Shown piece after piece: positions 37,367-47,600 of a DNA stretch of 64,000 bases (its first letter is position 1; the number at the start of each line of letters is the position of its first letter). Position numbers and translations under genes: made by a program. Origin of the DNA: Patescibacteria group bacterium (GTDB lineage Bacteria; Patescibacteriota; Patescibacteriia; SG8-24); NCBI GenBank assembly GCA_034716415.1, contig JAYEJB010000059.1, positions 68 to 64,067 of the forward strand. The letters run 5' to 3'. Below the pieces are notes generated by a model. The model saw only the letters and a program-made list of their open reading frames with translations. It did not search any database and was not told where the DNA came from.

Positions 37367-37831
37367 TTATTGAATGCCGTTTGCACTGCCAGTGTGTGCT
37401 CCAGCGGTTAAGTCACCGACTGTGCCACCGATGCAGAACAAAAGCGTGTACCCACTACCACTGCCCGTTTGGGTATAGTCGTACGGGTTGGTTGACGTCG
37501 TACATGTACCGTCAGCAGGCGTAGGAGCGGACGGGACGAGACCCATGTAAGTGGTGTTTGAACCACATGTGGCCTGCCAGCCGTTCGAACACAGAGCCAC
37601 AGCTCCGGTTTCGCCGAGGTAACCGGTCGGATCCGCCGGGTAACCGTTCTGGTCGGCAAAGTACAGCTCAAGTGCGGTCTGGACCTGTTTGATGTCCGCG
37701 ACACGCTTCGAGTCACGAGATTTCTGACGAGCGCTGTTGAGAGCGACGACGGCCAGCGTTGAGAGCAGACCGATGATCGCGATAACGACCAGCAGCTCGA
37801 TCAGTGTGAAACCTTTATTAGTTTTGCGCAT
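37367..37831 (-). CDS. Type IV pilin, probably the major subunit
   Basis: KG|FTLIELLVVIAIIGLLS...ARQKSRDSKRVADIKQVQTALELY; strong GGAGG RBS and its own terminator. Confidence 0.92.
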   Translation of the reverse strand: MRKTNKGFTLIELLVVIAIIGLLSTLAVVALNSARQKSRDSKRVADIKQVQTALELYFADQNGYPADPTGYLGETGAVALCSNGWQATCGSNTTYMGLVPSAPTPADGTCTTSTNPYDYTQTGSGSGYTLLFCIGGTVGDLTAGAHTGSANGIQ

Positions 37832-37976
37832 ATTACACCTCCCTTCGGGTTAGAGATTTTCCTCCAGACGTCTGGAGATGACATGAAATAAATATCCACA
37901 TGTCCTTTAAATTATATCACACACGCATAAGTTCGTTTATAGCTGGCGAGTCAAGTTGAGAAACCTGGGAGTGGTA

Positions 37977-38064
37977 CGGGCGGGAAGCGGGAAGCGGGAG
38001 GCGGGAAGAAGTGTCATAAAATTATGAATACCTCCCGCCTCAAGCCTCGTGCTTCCCGCTTCCC
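37977..38064. repeat. Inverted 7-mer array
   Basis: GCGGGAA GCGGGAA GCGGGAG GCGGGAA ... CCTCCCG CCTCAAG CCTCGTG CTTCCCG CTTCCC. Confidence 0.8.
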
Positions 38065-38087
38065 ACCCACCGTTTCACAATAACAAA

Positions 38088-38109
38088 AAGACAGGATTGC
38101 TCCTGTCTT
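38088..38109 (-). terminator. Terminator after pilC
   Basis: AAGACAGGA-ttgc-TCCTGTCTT with A-run on the left. Confidence 0.65.
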
Positions 38110-38145
38110 GCCCCTATCCTACTATCAAGCTATCCCGAAAGCTGT

Positions 38146-39354
38146 CTAGAACTGCGTGGCCATGTTGTACATTGGGAGGAGGATAGCGGCCACCATCACC
38201 CCCACAGCCACGCCCATAACCATCATTATCAACGGCTCAATGGCGTGTACAAGATTGGATACGGCGTGCGACAGCTCCCTGGTATAGAAATCCGTCAATT
38301 TAGCCAGGACCTCGGCCAAGCGCCCGGTCTCTTCCCCGACTGATATCATTTGGGGGACCATGTCCGGCATGGAACGCTCCCGAACGAATACAGAAGTCAG
38401 CGGATTACCATCCGAAACCTCCCTCTTCGTTTCCATCAGCTGCTCCCTATAATAGGCGTTACCCACGACATCGGAACTTATCTGCAGACCGCTCGGAATA
38501 TCCACACCCCCGGTAATCATCGTCCCGAAGCTCTGCGTAAACCGGACGACGTAAATCATTTTCAAGATATTACCGAAAATAGGAAGGTACAACTTATACT
38601 TGTCCCAGATATATCGCCCAGTCTTCGTGCTCGTCCACCACTTGAAACCCCCAATGGCGAGAAACGCCGCCACAATGATGTGAATCGCATAGACCTTGAA
38701 GAAGCCGCTGGTGACGATCAGCAGTTCCGTGGTCCACGGAAGGTCGGTACCGGATTGCGACAACACTTCGGTCAACTTGGGAATAACGAACGCCATCATG
38801 ACGAACCCGACGATGACCAGACCGATAAGAATGAATATCGGGTAGATCATCGCCCCCCGTATCCGCTGGTTCAGGTCGTAATCCTTCTCCATCTGATCAG
38901 CCAGATAGTTCATGATCTCTTCAAGCCGGCCAGTGGTCTCTCCAGACCGCACCATGTGGACGAAAAACTCCGAGAAGGCATTCGGGTGGCGCTCCAACGC
39001 GCCGGACAGCGCGGTTCCCGCCTCCACTTCATCCGCCACCTCCAGCAGGATCTTGTGCAATCGAGGATTCTTAGTCTGCCTGGCAACGGTCTGCAATGAT
39101 TGCACGAGCGGAACAGCGGCACCCATCAGCACTGAAAACTGGCGGGAAAAGATCACGATATCCTTGATCGGAATCTTGTTGAAGAACGGCAATTCAAACT
39201 CGAACACCCCGGCCTTCTTCGCCTCCTCCAACGAAACGACAAAAAAACCCCTATCCCTTAGGGTCTCCATAGCGATTTCCGATGTGGGTGCTTCAATAGC
39301 ACCTGTAATCGCCTGACCTTCCTTGTCTCTTACGCGGTAATCGAACCTTGGCAT
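38146..39354 (-). CDS. pilC: Type IV pilus platform protein (PilC/GspF)
   Basis: FSRQFSVL..A.VPL, GETTGRL, AMIYP, GEETGRL, IEPL, LLPMY. Confidence 0.93.
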   Translation of the reverse strand: MPRFDYRVRDKEGQAITGAIEAPTSEIAMETLRDRGFFVVSLEEAKKAGVFEFELPFFNKIPIKDIVIFSRQFSVLMGAAVPLVQSLQTVARQTKNPRLHKILLEVADEVEAGTALSGALERHPNAFSEFFVHMVRSGETTGRLEEIMNYLADQMEKDYDLNQRIRGAMIYPIFILIGLVIVGFVMMAFVIPKLTEVLSQSGTDLPWTTELLIVTSGFFKVYAIHIIVAAFLAIGGFKWWTSTKTGRYIWDKYKLYLPIFGNILKMIYVVRFTQSFGTMITGGVDIPSGLQISSDVVGNAYYREQLMETKREVSDGNPLTSVFVRERSMPDMVPQMISVGEETGRLAEVLAKLTDFYTRELSHAVSNLVHAIEPLIMMVMGVAVGVMVAAILLPMYNMATQF

Positions 39355-39423
39355 GGGACTGGGGACGAATCCTTAATGCTGACAATCAATTGCCAGCTTT
39401 TCGCGGCGCCCTGAGTTTACCAA

Positions 39424-39813
39424 TCACTCGACCTTAAGTACCGCCTTGATCTTCTCGACCGCCTCCGCCGGCACGAAGTGCGCCTTTATGAGATAGTCTT
39501 GGGCTCCGGCTTCCAGGGCTTGTTCGATATCCTCTTTCTGGCCCAGGTTAGTAAGCATGATCACGGGAATACCCTTCGTCGCCTCGTCCTGCTTGAGCCG
39601 CTTGAGTGTCTCGAAACCGTCCAGCTTGGGCATCAGGACGTCTAGCAGGATTATATTGGGTTTCTCCTCGCCCGCTGCCTTCAGTCCCTCCTCACCGTCC
39701 CTCGCGGTCACGACCTGAAATCCCTCAAGCTCCAGCTTGGTCGCATAGATACCGGAAAGGAACGCGTCGTCGTCCACGATAAGCACCTTGTTTTTTCCGC
39801 CTTCTTCAGACAT
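39424..39813 (-). CDS. Single-domain response regulator
   Basis: VLIVDDD, LLDVLMPKLDG, MLTNL, DYLIK. Confidence 0.93.
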   Translation of the reverse strand: MSEEGGKNKVLIVDDDAFLSGIYATKLELEGFQVVTARDGEEGLKAAGEEKPNIILLDVLMPKLDGFETLKRLKQDEATKGIPVIMLTNLGQKEDIEQALEAGAQDYLIKAHFVPAEAVEKIKAVLKVE

Positions 39814-39835
39814 AAGGTTTTCGTCTGGGGGTAAA

Positions 39836-41581
39836 TCAATCTGCGGTGACCCTCATCACCTCCTCAATTGTAGTTAATCCTTCCAAAGCTTTCAACAGCG
39901 CGTCCTGACGCAGGTTTATCATCTGCTGATCCTGGACCGCGGCCCGGACCTCCTCCGCCGGAAAACCTCTTGTCACCAACCGCTCCAACTTATCGTCGAA
40001 TACGATCATTTCTGCCATGGCCACACGACCGACGAAGCCGGAATCCTGGCATCTGATACACCCACGACCTTTATAGAATACGGGCGAAGCGGATTTGTCC
40101 AGTCCCACCTCCTGAAAATACTCGTCGGGAATCTCTTTCAGTTCTTCGATCACACCTCGCTCGACTTCAGCCGGCAGCGCCACCTTGGCCTTGCAACGCT
40201 CGCAGATCTTCCGAGCCAGACGCTGGGCTATGGCGACATTAATCGTAGCACCGAGCAGGAACGGTTCCACGTGCATGTCGACCAGGCGCGGAACCACGCC
40301 GACAGCATCGTTCGTGTGCAGGGTCGAAAAGATCAGGTGACCGGTAAGGGCGGCATGAACAGCCAGCTCAGCCGTCTCCCCATCACGGATCTCACCTACC
40401 ATTATGATGTTCGGGTCCTGACGCAATATGGAACGCAATCCGGCAGCGAACGTAAACCCTACAGCGGGCCTGATCTGTGACTGATTGACGCCCTTTATCT
40501 GATACTCCACCGGATCTTCGAGGGTCGAGATGTTCACGCCATCCTCATTCCTCATGTTCAGTATCGTAAAGAGTGTCGTCGACTTACCGCTACCGGTCGG
40601 ACCGGTGATCAGGAACATGCCGTGTGGCTGTCGAATCTGTTCTTTGATCAACTCGACGTATCTCGGACGGAAGCCGAGCTCATGAAGTTGCGGCACTCCC
40701 CTTGTCGTATCCAAGATACGCATGACGACCTTCTCGTTATCCGTCAACGGAAGGGTCGAGATGCGGAAGTCGATGATCCTGTCTCCGATCGTGTCCCGAA
40801 TCCTGCCGTCTTGCGGAATACGTGTCTCGTCTAGTTTCAGGTTCGCGAGAACCTTGATGCGCGAGACGATGGACGGATGGATATATTTCGGGAGAGTGAT
40901 GGATGTGCGCAATACCCCGTCCACACGATACCTCACCCTTGTCTCCTCTCCATAGGGTTCGATGTGAATGTCGGAGGCGTTTCCCTCGACGGCATGTTTC
41001 AGGATCACCGATACGATCCGTGAAACCGGCGCCCCTTTGATCACCTCTTCGATGTGCTCTTCCGCCTTGACTTCTAACTCCTCCGGCCCCTCGAACTTCT
41101 CCTTGGCCACTTCGAGGGCGTGTTCGACCTCCTTGCCGAGCTCCCGATATTTCTTGAAGGCTGCATCGTATGAAGCCTTGGATATGATGTGATACCGCGG
41201 CTTGAACTTGTTGGTCCTGGCGAGAAAATCAATCGCCTGCGCGGCCCGCATGGCCCGTGGCTCAAGCATGCCTATGCTCACCAGATCATCGACCTTGGCG
41301 AAAGCGACGGCCTTATTGTTGTCGGCGACCTCCTGCGGGATCAGGTTAAGCACGTCGAGCGCGATCTCCTGACCGACCAGATCGGCATAGGGAATACCCA
41401 AAACCGTGCCCCTGGCCTTCACCAGAAGCTCATCATCGACCAATCTCTTCTCCGCGATAAGCTTCTCGTAGGACTTACCGCTTTCACCCTGCTCCGTGAT
41501 CAGCTCCTTGTATTGCTCCTCTGTTATCTGACCGGTCTCGAGCAGGATGTCCAAGAGTTCTGTGCCCTTCTTATTCGCCAT
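39836..41581 (-). CDS. pilB: Type IV pilus assembly ATPase (PilB/GspE)
   Basis: ASDIHIEP, GPTGSGKSTT, LRQDPNIIMVGEIRD, STLHTND, two CxxC; start at MANKK. Confidence 0.94.
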   Translation of the reverse strand: MANKKGTELLDILLETGQITEEQYKELITEQGESGKSYEKLIAEKRLVDDELLVKARGTVLGIPYADLVGQEIALDVLNLIPQEVADNNKAVAFAKVDDLVSIGMLEPRAMRAAQAIDFLARTNKFKPRYHIISKASYDAAFKKYRELGKEVEHALEVAKEKFEGPEELEVKAEEHIEEVIKGAPVSRIVSVILKHAVEGNASDIHIEPYGEETRVRYRVDGVLRTSITLPKYIHPSIVSRIKVLANLKLDETRIPQDGRIRDTIGDRIIDFRISTLPLTDNEKVVMRILDTTRGVPQLHELGFRPRYVELIKEQIRQPHGMFLITGPTGSGKSTTLFTILNMRNEDGVNISTLEDPVEYQIKGVNQSQIRPAVGFTFAAGLRSILRQDPNIIMVGEIRDGETAELAVHAALTGHLIFSTLHTNDAVGVVPRLVDMHVEPFLLGATINVAIAQRLARKICERCKAKVALPAEVERGVIEELKEIPDEYFQEVGLDKSASPVFYKGRGCIRCQDSGFVGRVAMAEMIVFDDKLERLVTRGFPAEEVRAAVQDQQMINLRQDALLKALEGLTTIEEVMRVTAD

Positions 41582-41588
41582 AATGAAA

Positions 41589-41879
41589 TCACTCCTCTTC
41601 GTCGGTCTTCGGTGTCCTGAACGGCACCTCGCTGCCGACATTGCCGACATTCCAGGGGTCGACCGGCGCGGCAAATGTATCCAGACCCTTGTAGACGCCC
41701 CGATTGAAAAGGTTATCCCGTTCTCCCTCATCGAATATCAGCTGCGGGAGTGCCGGAGGAAGCTGAACCGCCATACCGGGTTTTGGGACGAAACGATGTC
41801 TATTGAAGAACACCAATACACCAGCGATGACCACCAGTAACGCTATGAATAGTACAATCTGTTTTTGCTCTTTATTCAT
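41589..41879 (-). CDS. Small membrane protein in the pilMNO operon (PilP position)
   Basis: N-terminal TM, C-terminal VG..VPF; lies between pilO and pilB. Confidence 0.65.
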   Translation of the reverse strand: MNKEQKQIVLFIALLVVIAGVLVFFNRHRFVPKPGMAVQLPPALPQLIFDEGERDNLFNRGVYKGLDTFAAPVDPWNVGNVGSEVPFRTPKTDEEE

Positions 41880-41893
41880 GGTCTATACATCGA

Positions 41894-42508
41894 CTAAATC
41901 CTGTCCGGAAGCAGCGGCGCCGTCGGGGCCGCCTGAACAGGAGTGAACCCCGGCTCTATGAAATATGCTGTCAGAATCACGCTGTAATCCGTCCCGCCGG
42001 ACGAAAAAGTCACTGACTCGATATCGGACACCCGCACGAGACGTTCGAGATCATTCAGTAAATTCTGGAATTCCTGATACGTGCCGCCCGCGAGACTGAG
42101 TGAAATACGCACTTTCTTGACCCCATGAGGACCGGTCGTCGCTTCGTCGACGACCGTATCTATCGAAACCAGCACAAGGCCGTTGCCCTGAGCTATCGCA
42201 TCCATCTGCACGTATAGGTTCGGCTCGTCCGGCTTGTCTGGGAGTATCGTCGGTATCTTACTGACATGATCCTTGTGAACTTGCTCGAATTGCTCTTTTT
42301 CTTCGATGATTCGACTCAAATAAGCCTGATAGTCACCTAACCGCGCCTCCAAGGGCTTCAGGTCAAGCGATCCGCCGGGCATCAGATGACCTATCTTCGG
42401 CATGAACAGAAGGAAATATGCCCCCACGCCGTACGACAAGACGACCACCACGATTATGACCGGGAGATACTTTACGATCGGCGATTTCTCCTTCTTCTCC
42501 TCCTCCAT
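41894..42508 (-). CDS. pilO: PilO-like protein
   Basis: TM, coiled coil, ILP..PD..NL, G.Y..F..LL.DLE...RV. Confidence 0.85.
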   Translation of the reverse strand: MEEEKKEKSPIVKYLPVIIVVVVLSYGVGAYFLLFMPKIGHLMPGGSLDLKPLEARLGDYQAYLSRIIEEKEQFEQVHKDHVSKIPTILPDKPDEPNLYVQMDAIAQGNGLVLVSIDTVVDEATTGPHGVKKVRISLSLAGGTYQEFQNLLNDLERLVRVSDIESVTFSSGGTDYSVILTAYFIEPGFTPVQAAPTAPLLPDRI

Positions 42509-42509
42509 A

Positions 42510-43283
42510 TTACTGACCGTTACCGTTTCCGGAACCGTTGACGACGACGTCTCCGTTTCCACCGGCCCCTGCCTCGTTCCATACGTCCTGATTCAACTTA
42601 AGCACCATCCCGAACGATACCCCTAGGATATTGCCGACCTCATCGATATTGGCCGATGCTGAAGAGGTTATCACTTCATCGACCATAGGATCCTCCCGAA
42701 GGATGACGATCTGCTCCGCCACGTCGCGGTACGTCTGCCCCATCGCATCAAGTGTAACCACACCACTGGCATAGTCACCGGAAAAGTTCAGAAAAAGCAC
42801 GGAAGGCTTGGTGCGGCTCTGGATGTAATCGAATAACGAAGACCAGTAGACGTGACTGTCCAGGAGGTCGGTGGCCGCGCGGACGCGCGAATCGAAAAGA
42901 GTCATGGTCTTCGTGCTGTCCTCGCTTTCCCGTATCTGCTGAGTCACTTCCGTTAGCGTCTGCTGAAGTTCCTGTCTGTGCACATTGGCCTCGGCTTCCC
43001 GCTTGGACACGAACAGGAACGCACCGCCGATGATGATGGTTTCGATGATGAGCACGGCGAAAAGAATGACCAATTGTCGACGCATGTCCGCCCCCTTCTC
43101 CTCTCTTTCCCCGGATGGCATCAAAGAAACCCGAAGACCCCCCATGAATCCGGAGGGTTCCGCCTCTTTCTTTTCGGGTGAGGGCGGAGGCGACGGGATA
43201 GGCAAAGCTCCGGAACCGGTCGGCTTTTCGGCCGGTCCTGCGCCTTCCTGCCCTTTTGCGTTGTCCCCTTGAAAAAGGTCCAT
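42510..43283 (-). CDS. PilN-like protein
   Basis: VSLMP motif, TM, coiled coil, LLDSHVYWS; follows pilM. Confidence 0.78.
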   Translation of the reverse strand: MDLFQGDNAKGQEGAGPAEKPTGSGALPIPSPPPSPEKKEAEPSGFMGGLRVSLMPSGEREEKGADMRRQLVILFAVLIIETIIIGGAFLFVSKREAEANVHRQELQQTLTEVTQQIRESEDSTKTMTLFDSRVRAATDLLDSHVYWSSLFDYIQSRTKPSVLFLNFSGDYASGVVTLDAMGQTYRDVAEQIVILREDPMVDEVITSSASANIDEVGNILGVSFGMVLKLNQDVWNEAGAGGNGDVVVNGSGNGNGQ

Positions 43284-43296
43284 GCTTATTGAGTCA

Positions 43297-43366
43297 GGGA
43301 GTACAGGAGTATGGAAGTATAGAAGTAATTCTTTCTCGCTTCTATGCTTCTGTACTCCTGAACTTG
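43297..43366. repeat. Inverted 8-mer array between pilM and pilN
   Basis: GGAGTACA GGAGTATG GAAGTATA GAAGT ... GCTTCTAT GCTTCTGT ACTCCTGA ACT. Confidence 0.78.
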
Positions 43367-43369
43367 TCC

Positions 43370-44473
43370 CTATTCCATCTCTGACATGGCGAGGCCGACC
43401 GCCACGGAGAATCTCGTCCCGATTTCATCGAGCACAGGCCTCAAATCACCCGGGTAGGCCACGCGTGCCCATGGATCCCCCACGTACACCTTCATGTTCA
43501 GCTGACCGGAAAAATATCCGGCAAGTGCCGGCAGTGCGGCCGTACCGCCAGTCAGTATGATCTTTTCGACACCCTTCTCTTCCCCTTCAGCCGCCTGACC
43601 CGTGTAGAGATTGATCGAATACTGCAGCTCGGTGACCATGGGCGCCATCGTCTTCTCGAAGATCTTCGGCATACCCTCACCCGGATAGAGAGTCGATACG
43701 CTCTTGATGTCGGTCTTCATCTCCTCGGCCCCTTTCAGATCCATGGACAACGTCTTAGCCATCGCCCTGGTCAGACTGACACCGCCCATGTCGACGCTTC
43801 TGGTGACGTACGGGATTCCGTTCTCGACTATGATGATGTTCGTCCGAGACGCCCCGATGTCCACGAGCATTGTCGTCGAACGGTCCTTGCCGACTAACGA
43901 CCGAATGAGAGCCAGTGTTTCGGTCTCCAGGCTGGCCAGATCAAGACCGGTCCGCCCGAAAACCTTGATGTATTTCTCTATCATCGCCTTCGACGCGCCG
44001 GTAATCAGAACCTGGACTGTCTTTTTCTCCTCATCTCCTTTTCCCTTTCCCCCTGTCTTCTTCTCCTTCTTAGCTTTCTTGCCATACCCGTTAATGGGCT
44101 TGAAATCGAGTTGCATCTCGTCAAGCGGGACCGGTATGAGCTTCTTGGCCTGCCAGCGCGCCGCGTCATTGATCTCCTTTTCGTTTCCTCTCGGCACGGT
44201 CACGACGGAACTGAATACGGAAGCTACCGGCAGACCCGTAATCGCCCTGCTGGTGGTCACCTTCGCTTTCGCGAGCATCTTCTTGAGCAGGTCTGCCGCC
44301 TCTTCGGGTGCATCCACCAGATTCAGCGGTTCTGCTCCCGGCATTCGTTCAGTAAAAGCATAAGTGAAGAGCTTGGCCCTTCCCTTCTCACTTTTAAGCT
44401 CGACTAATTTTATACCCCCGGAACCGAAATCGATGCCGAGGTAACTTTTTTTCTTCGAACCGAACAGACCCAT
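43370..44473 (-). CDS. pilM: Type IV pilus assembly protein PilM
   Basis: LGIDFG...IKLVEL, VDIGASRT, ILTGG, VAVGLA (actin-like fold). Confidence 0.94.
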   Translation of the reverse strand: MGLFGSKKKSYLGIDFGSGGIKLVELKSEKGRAKLFTYAFTERMPGAEPLNLVDAPEEAADLLKKMLAKAKVTTSRAITGLPVASVFSSVVTVPRGNEKEINDAARWQAKKLIPVPLDEMQLDFKPINGYGKKAKKEKKTGGKGKGDEEKKTVQVLITGASKAMIEKYIKVFGRTGLDLASLETETLALIRSLVGKDRSTTMLVDIGASRTNIIIVENGIPYVTRSVDMGGVSLTRAMAKTLSMDLKGAEEMKTDIKSVSTLYPGEGMPKIFEKTMAPMVTELQYSINLYTGQAAEGEEKGVEKIILTGGTAALPALAGYFSGQLNMKVYVGDPWARVAYPGDLRPVLDEIGTRFSVAVGLAMSEME

Positions 44474-44556
44474 AAATCAGACGTGATTAGTTGTCGTTCC
44501 TAATCAAGGTCATTATACACCATTTAAGCGTGGTGTGCATGGTTATACACATGGTG

Positions 44557-44655
44557 GAGTCGAAGAGTCTAAAAGTCTAAAAGTTAAAAAAGGTTTCCGT
44601 TCGCGAAACAGTACAAAAAATCAACACTCTTAGTCTTTTCGACTTTTAGACTTTT
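44557..44655. repeat. Inverted 8-mer array
   Basis: GAGTCGAA GAGTCTAA AAGTCTAA AAGTT ... TTAGTCTT TTCGACTT TTAGACTT. Confidence 0.78.
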
Positions 44656-44657
44656 TA

Positions 44658-47600
44658 TTACGGCGTATCAGTAATCACCGGCAGTGACTTCCCGATATCT
44701 TCAAACCCAGGCGGCGGATTGACGACCGCCCGGCCATCATAGATGAACCGCTCCGACCCCATGTCCACACTCCTTAAGTTGCGCTTGAAGTGGAACTTAC
44801 GCGCTATCGCCAGCCCGTAGACAGTGAGTGGGGTTTCGCTTGCGGGAACCGGCGGCGTTACGGTGTAGATTCCTTCATTGCCCCCGACGAAGAACGCGCC
44901 CACCAGTGCCTGGACCCCCTGATCGATGAAGACATGCCCCTTGGATCCATCTGCCGCCGGCAGGACGATCCACCCGACAGAAGCGAGCTGTGAGAGCCTC
45001 GACACCGTTCCCGGTCCGTAGTCCATGTCACCGGTGATGTAGAGATCGCCACCGACGATAAGGATGGTCCCGTCCCCTTTGTTGCTGAGCGCGCCGTTAG
45101 CGAAAGTGTGGGCTCCGATGGTCGCGTCACCGCCGTCAGTGACGGCGATCACCCGACCGTTCAGGGGATTCCCCATCGTAGTCAAAGTGGCTTCGAGCTC
45201 GGCCGACGTGACGGTCGTGACATCACCATACCGGCCGGCCAGCAGACCATTGACATCAATCCTGCCCAGGATGGTCGCATAGGCGTTCTCCTGCTTCGGT
45301 CGCACGAAATCCACGGTCGAATCCGCTTCCTCACTACAAAGCTCGCTCGTGAAATTCAGTATCGAACTCTTGGCGATGATACAGTAGGTAGCATTAAACT
45401 TGGCGGACGGCGGATCTTCCGGCGCGTAGATCTTCTTGCCCGAAAACACGTTACCGTAGGTAGTCTCCAGCCAGGGGAACATCAGGTTATCGCAAATGTT
45501 GGCGCCCAGACAGGGTCCGTCGACGGTTGCCGCGGCGCAATCCGCGTCCCGTTTGCAGGCCGTGGTGCCATCTCCGGCGCACAGACCAAAACCACCGCTA
45601 CCGTCACAGAGGCCCCCGACACCGGCTAACACACAGTCATTATCCGTAATGCAACCGATGGATAAATCGTTATCGCAATATTTGCATTCCGGGTCATCGA
45701 AACAGACCTGACCACCATAGAGACACAACCCCCACGGGCATTTGCACTCCTGAACAGGACCCGTGTCAGGACAGCACCAGGTATTCCCCGGACAGACCGC
45801 ATCGTCCGAATTATAACCGCAGATGTAATCCCGATCTACTTCGCATCTGCCGGTGTGGCTCTCAGGCGGCCCGCAAGCACCTGGCTCGCACTGCTCCCCG
45901 ACACCGTTGGCGTCCTCGTCATCCTGCGACGGGTTGGCCAGGTTGACGCAGTTGTCGCAGGCCTGATGCGAGGTCCAATAAAGAGTCGTGTACAGCGCTT
46001 CAGCCGCGCCATCCCGGTCGAAATCGGCCCAAGAACAGACATCCTCCGGATCGCCCGGTGCCGGCGTGCTGTTACAGACGTACATGACCTGACGGTTCGA
46101 TTCGACGGTATCACCATCCTCGTCCGTAGCCCTGAAAGTCACGAAGTATTCACCGTCCGCATACGGCCAGCCGGTCAGCGTGGACAGGTCAAGGCTCAAA
46201 TTCTCGCAAATCAAGCTATTTCCGGCGGGCAATCCGACAAAGGATGTCGTATTCAACGGTCCATCCATCACCGCTCCAAACTTGTCCCGAATGAGCACTT
46301 CACAGTTCGGATTAAAATTTCCGCTGGCCGCGGTCAGGAATTCTGTCCTATCGAGGGCTAACGTGTGCTTATTCGTACGGAAAAAGGGAGCCGACGTAAT
46401 GATGCCGTCGGCGGGATACGCGATCAGCTGATCGACCACCTCTGGCGTGACGTTGATGGTAAAATTCTGCACCGGACTCGCGGCCCCGACATTATTGACG
46501 CCGTCCTCGGCGAACGCCGTGACTGGAACGACCCCATCATCGAAAAACTGGATCGGTCCCGTGACGCAGTCGCTATCCGGAGTATCATAATCGATACCAT
46601 CGACCGTCACCGTGCAGGCGCAGATGCCGCTCGTGTCCAGACCGACACCCGGATCCTGCGCAATCGCCCGAAAACGCCGCCCTTCCGCACGTCCGACCCT
46701 GATCGTACCGGCCGGACTCTCTCCCTCGGCCTCCACATCGGACACTATCGGCGGAGTCCCCTCGAACAACGTGTAATCGAAGACCTCATCTCCGTACTCC
46801 GGCACGTCACCCGGCAGTTTCAGGACAGAGATACTGATCGGATAATCCTGGAGCGGTGTCGGTATGGCAGTGGTCGGACAAGTGAACGTCAAATCAAAAC
46901 CGTCGACCGTCTGGCCGGCCAAATTGAAGATCTGGACGACATGACCCGGCACGGCGATGAAATCCAGCTTGGCGCTGTTGGTACCGGCGAGAACGCATGG
47001 CGAGCCAGCGGTCTTCGGCTGGGCATAAGGATAATAATCGGCCGGATTGGTATTATCTCCGATCACGATCGTCAAAGAGGAATAATTACCGGCTCCGATA
47101 AGGCGGATAATGTCGGTAGAATTGACATGCGTGGCCTCGGTCGCCGCCGCGGTCACTGTCGGGTCGATGCCGGCGAACGCACTGAACGGACCCAGGCGCG
47201 GGACTATCTGGCAGACGGCATCCGTCCAACTCTTGGCCGCGCAGGCTCCCACAACACCCCAACAATCCGGATCCACGCAATCGATCAGGCCGTCTCCGTC
47301 ATTATCGTAGACGTCGCCGCACATCACGAGGGTGTTCTCCGACGCGGAGCACTGAGCGAAACCGGCGCAGTCGCCGTCCGCACAATCGGTATCACCATCT
47401 CCGTCATTATCGAACAGGTCCTGGCACATATCGGCTGAATTTTCCGTCGCACCGCAACGGGCCGCATGTCCGAGATAACCGAGACTGGCGTCAGGTCCGG
47501 GGCCACCGACCTGGCAGTCCGGATCCACACAATCGGTGTCACCGTCATTGTCGTTATCCTGACTGTCAGCGCATGAACCGTAGACGACATCCTCGCGCGA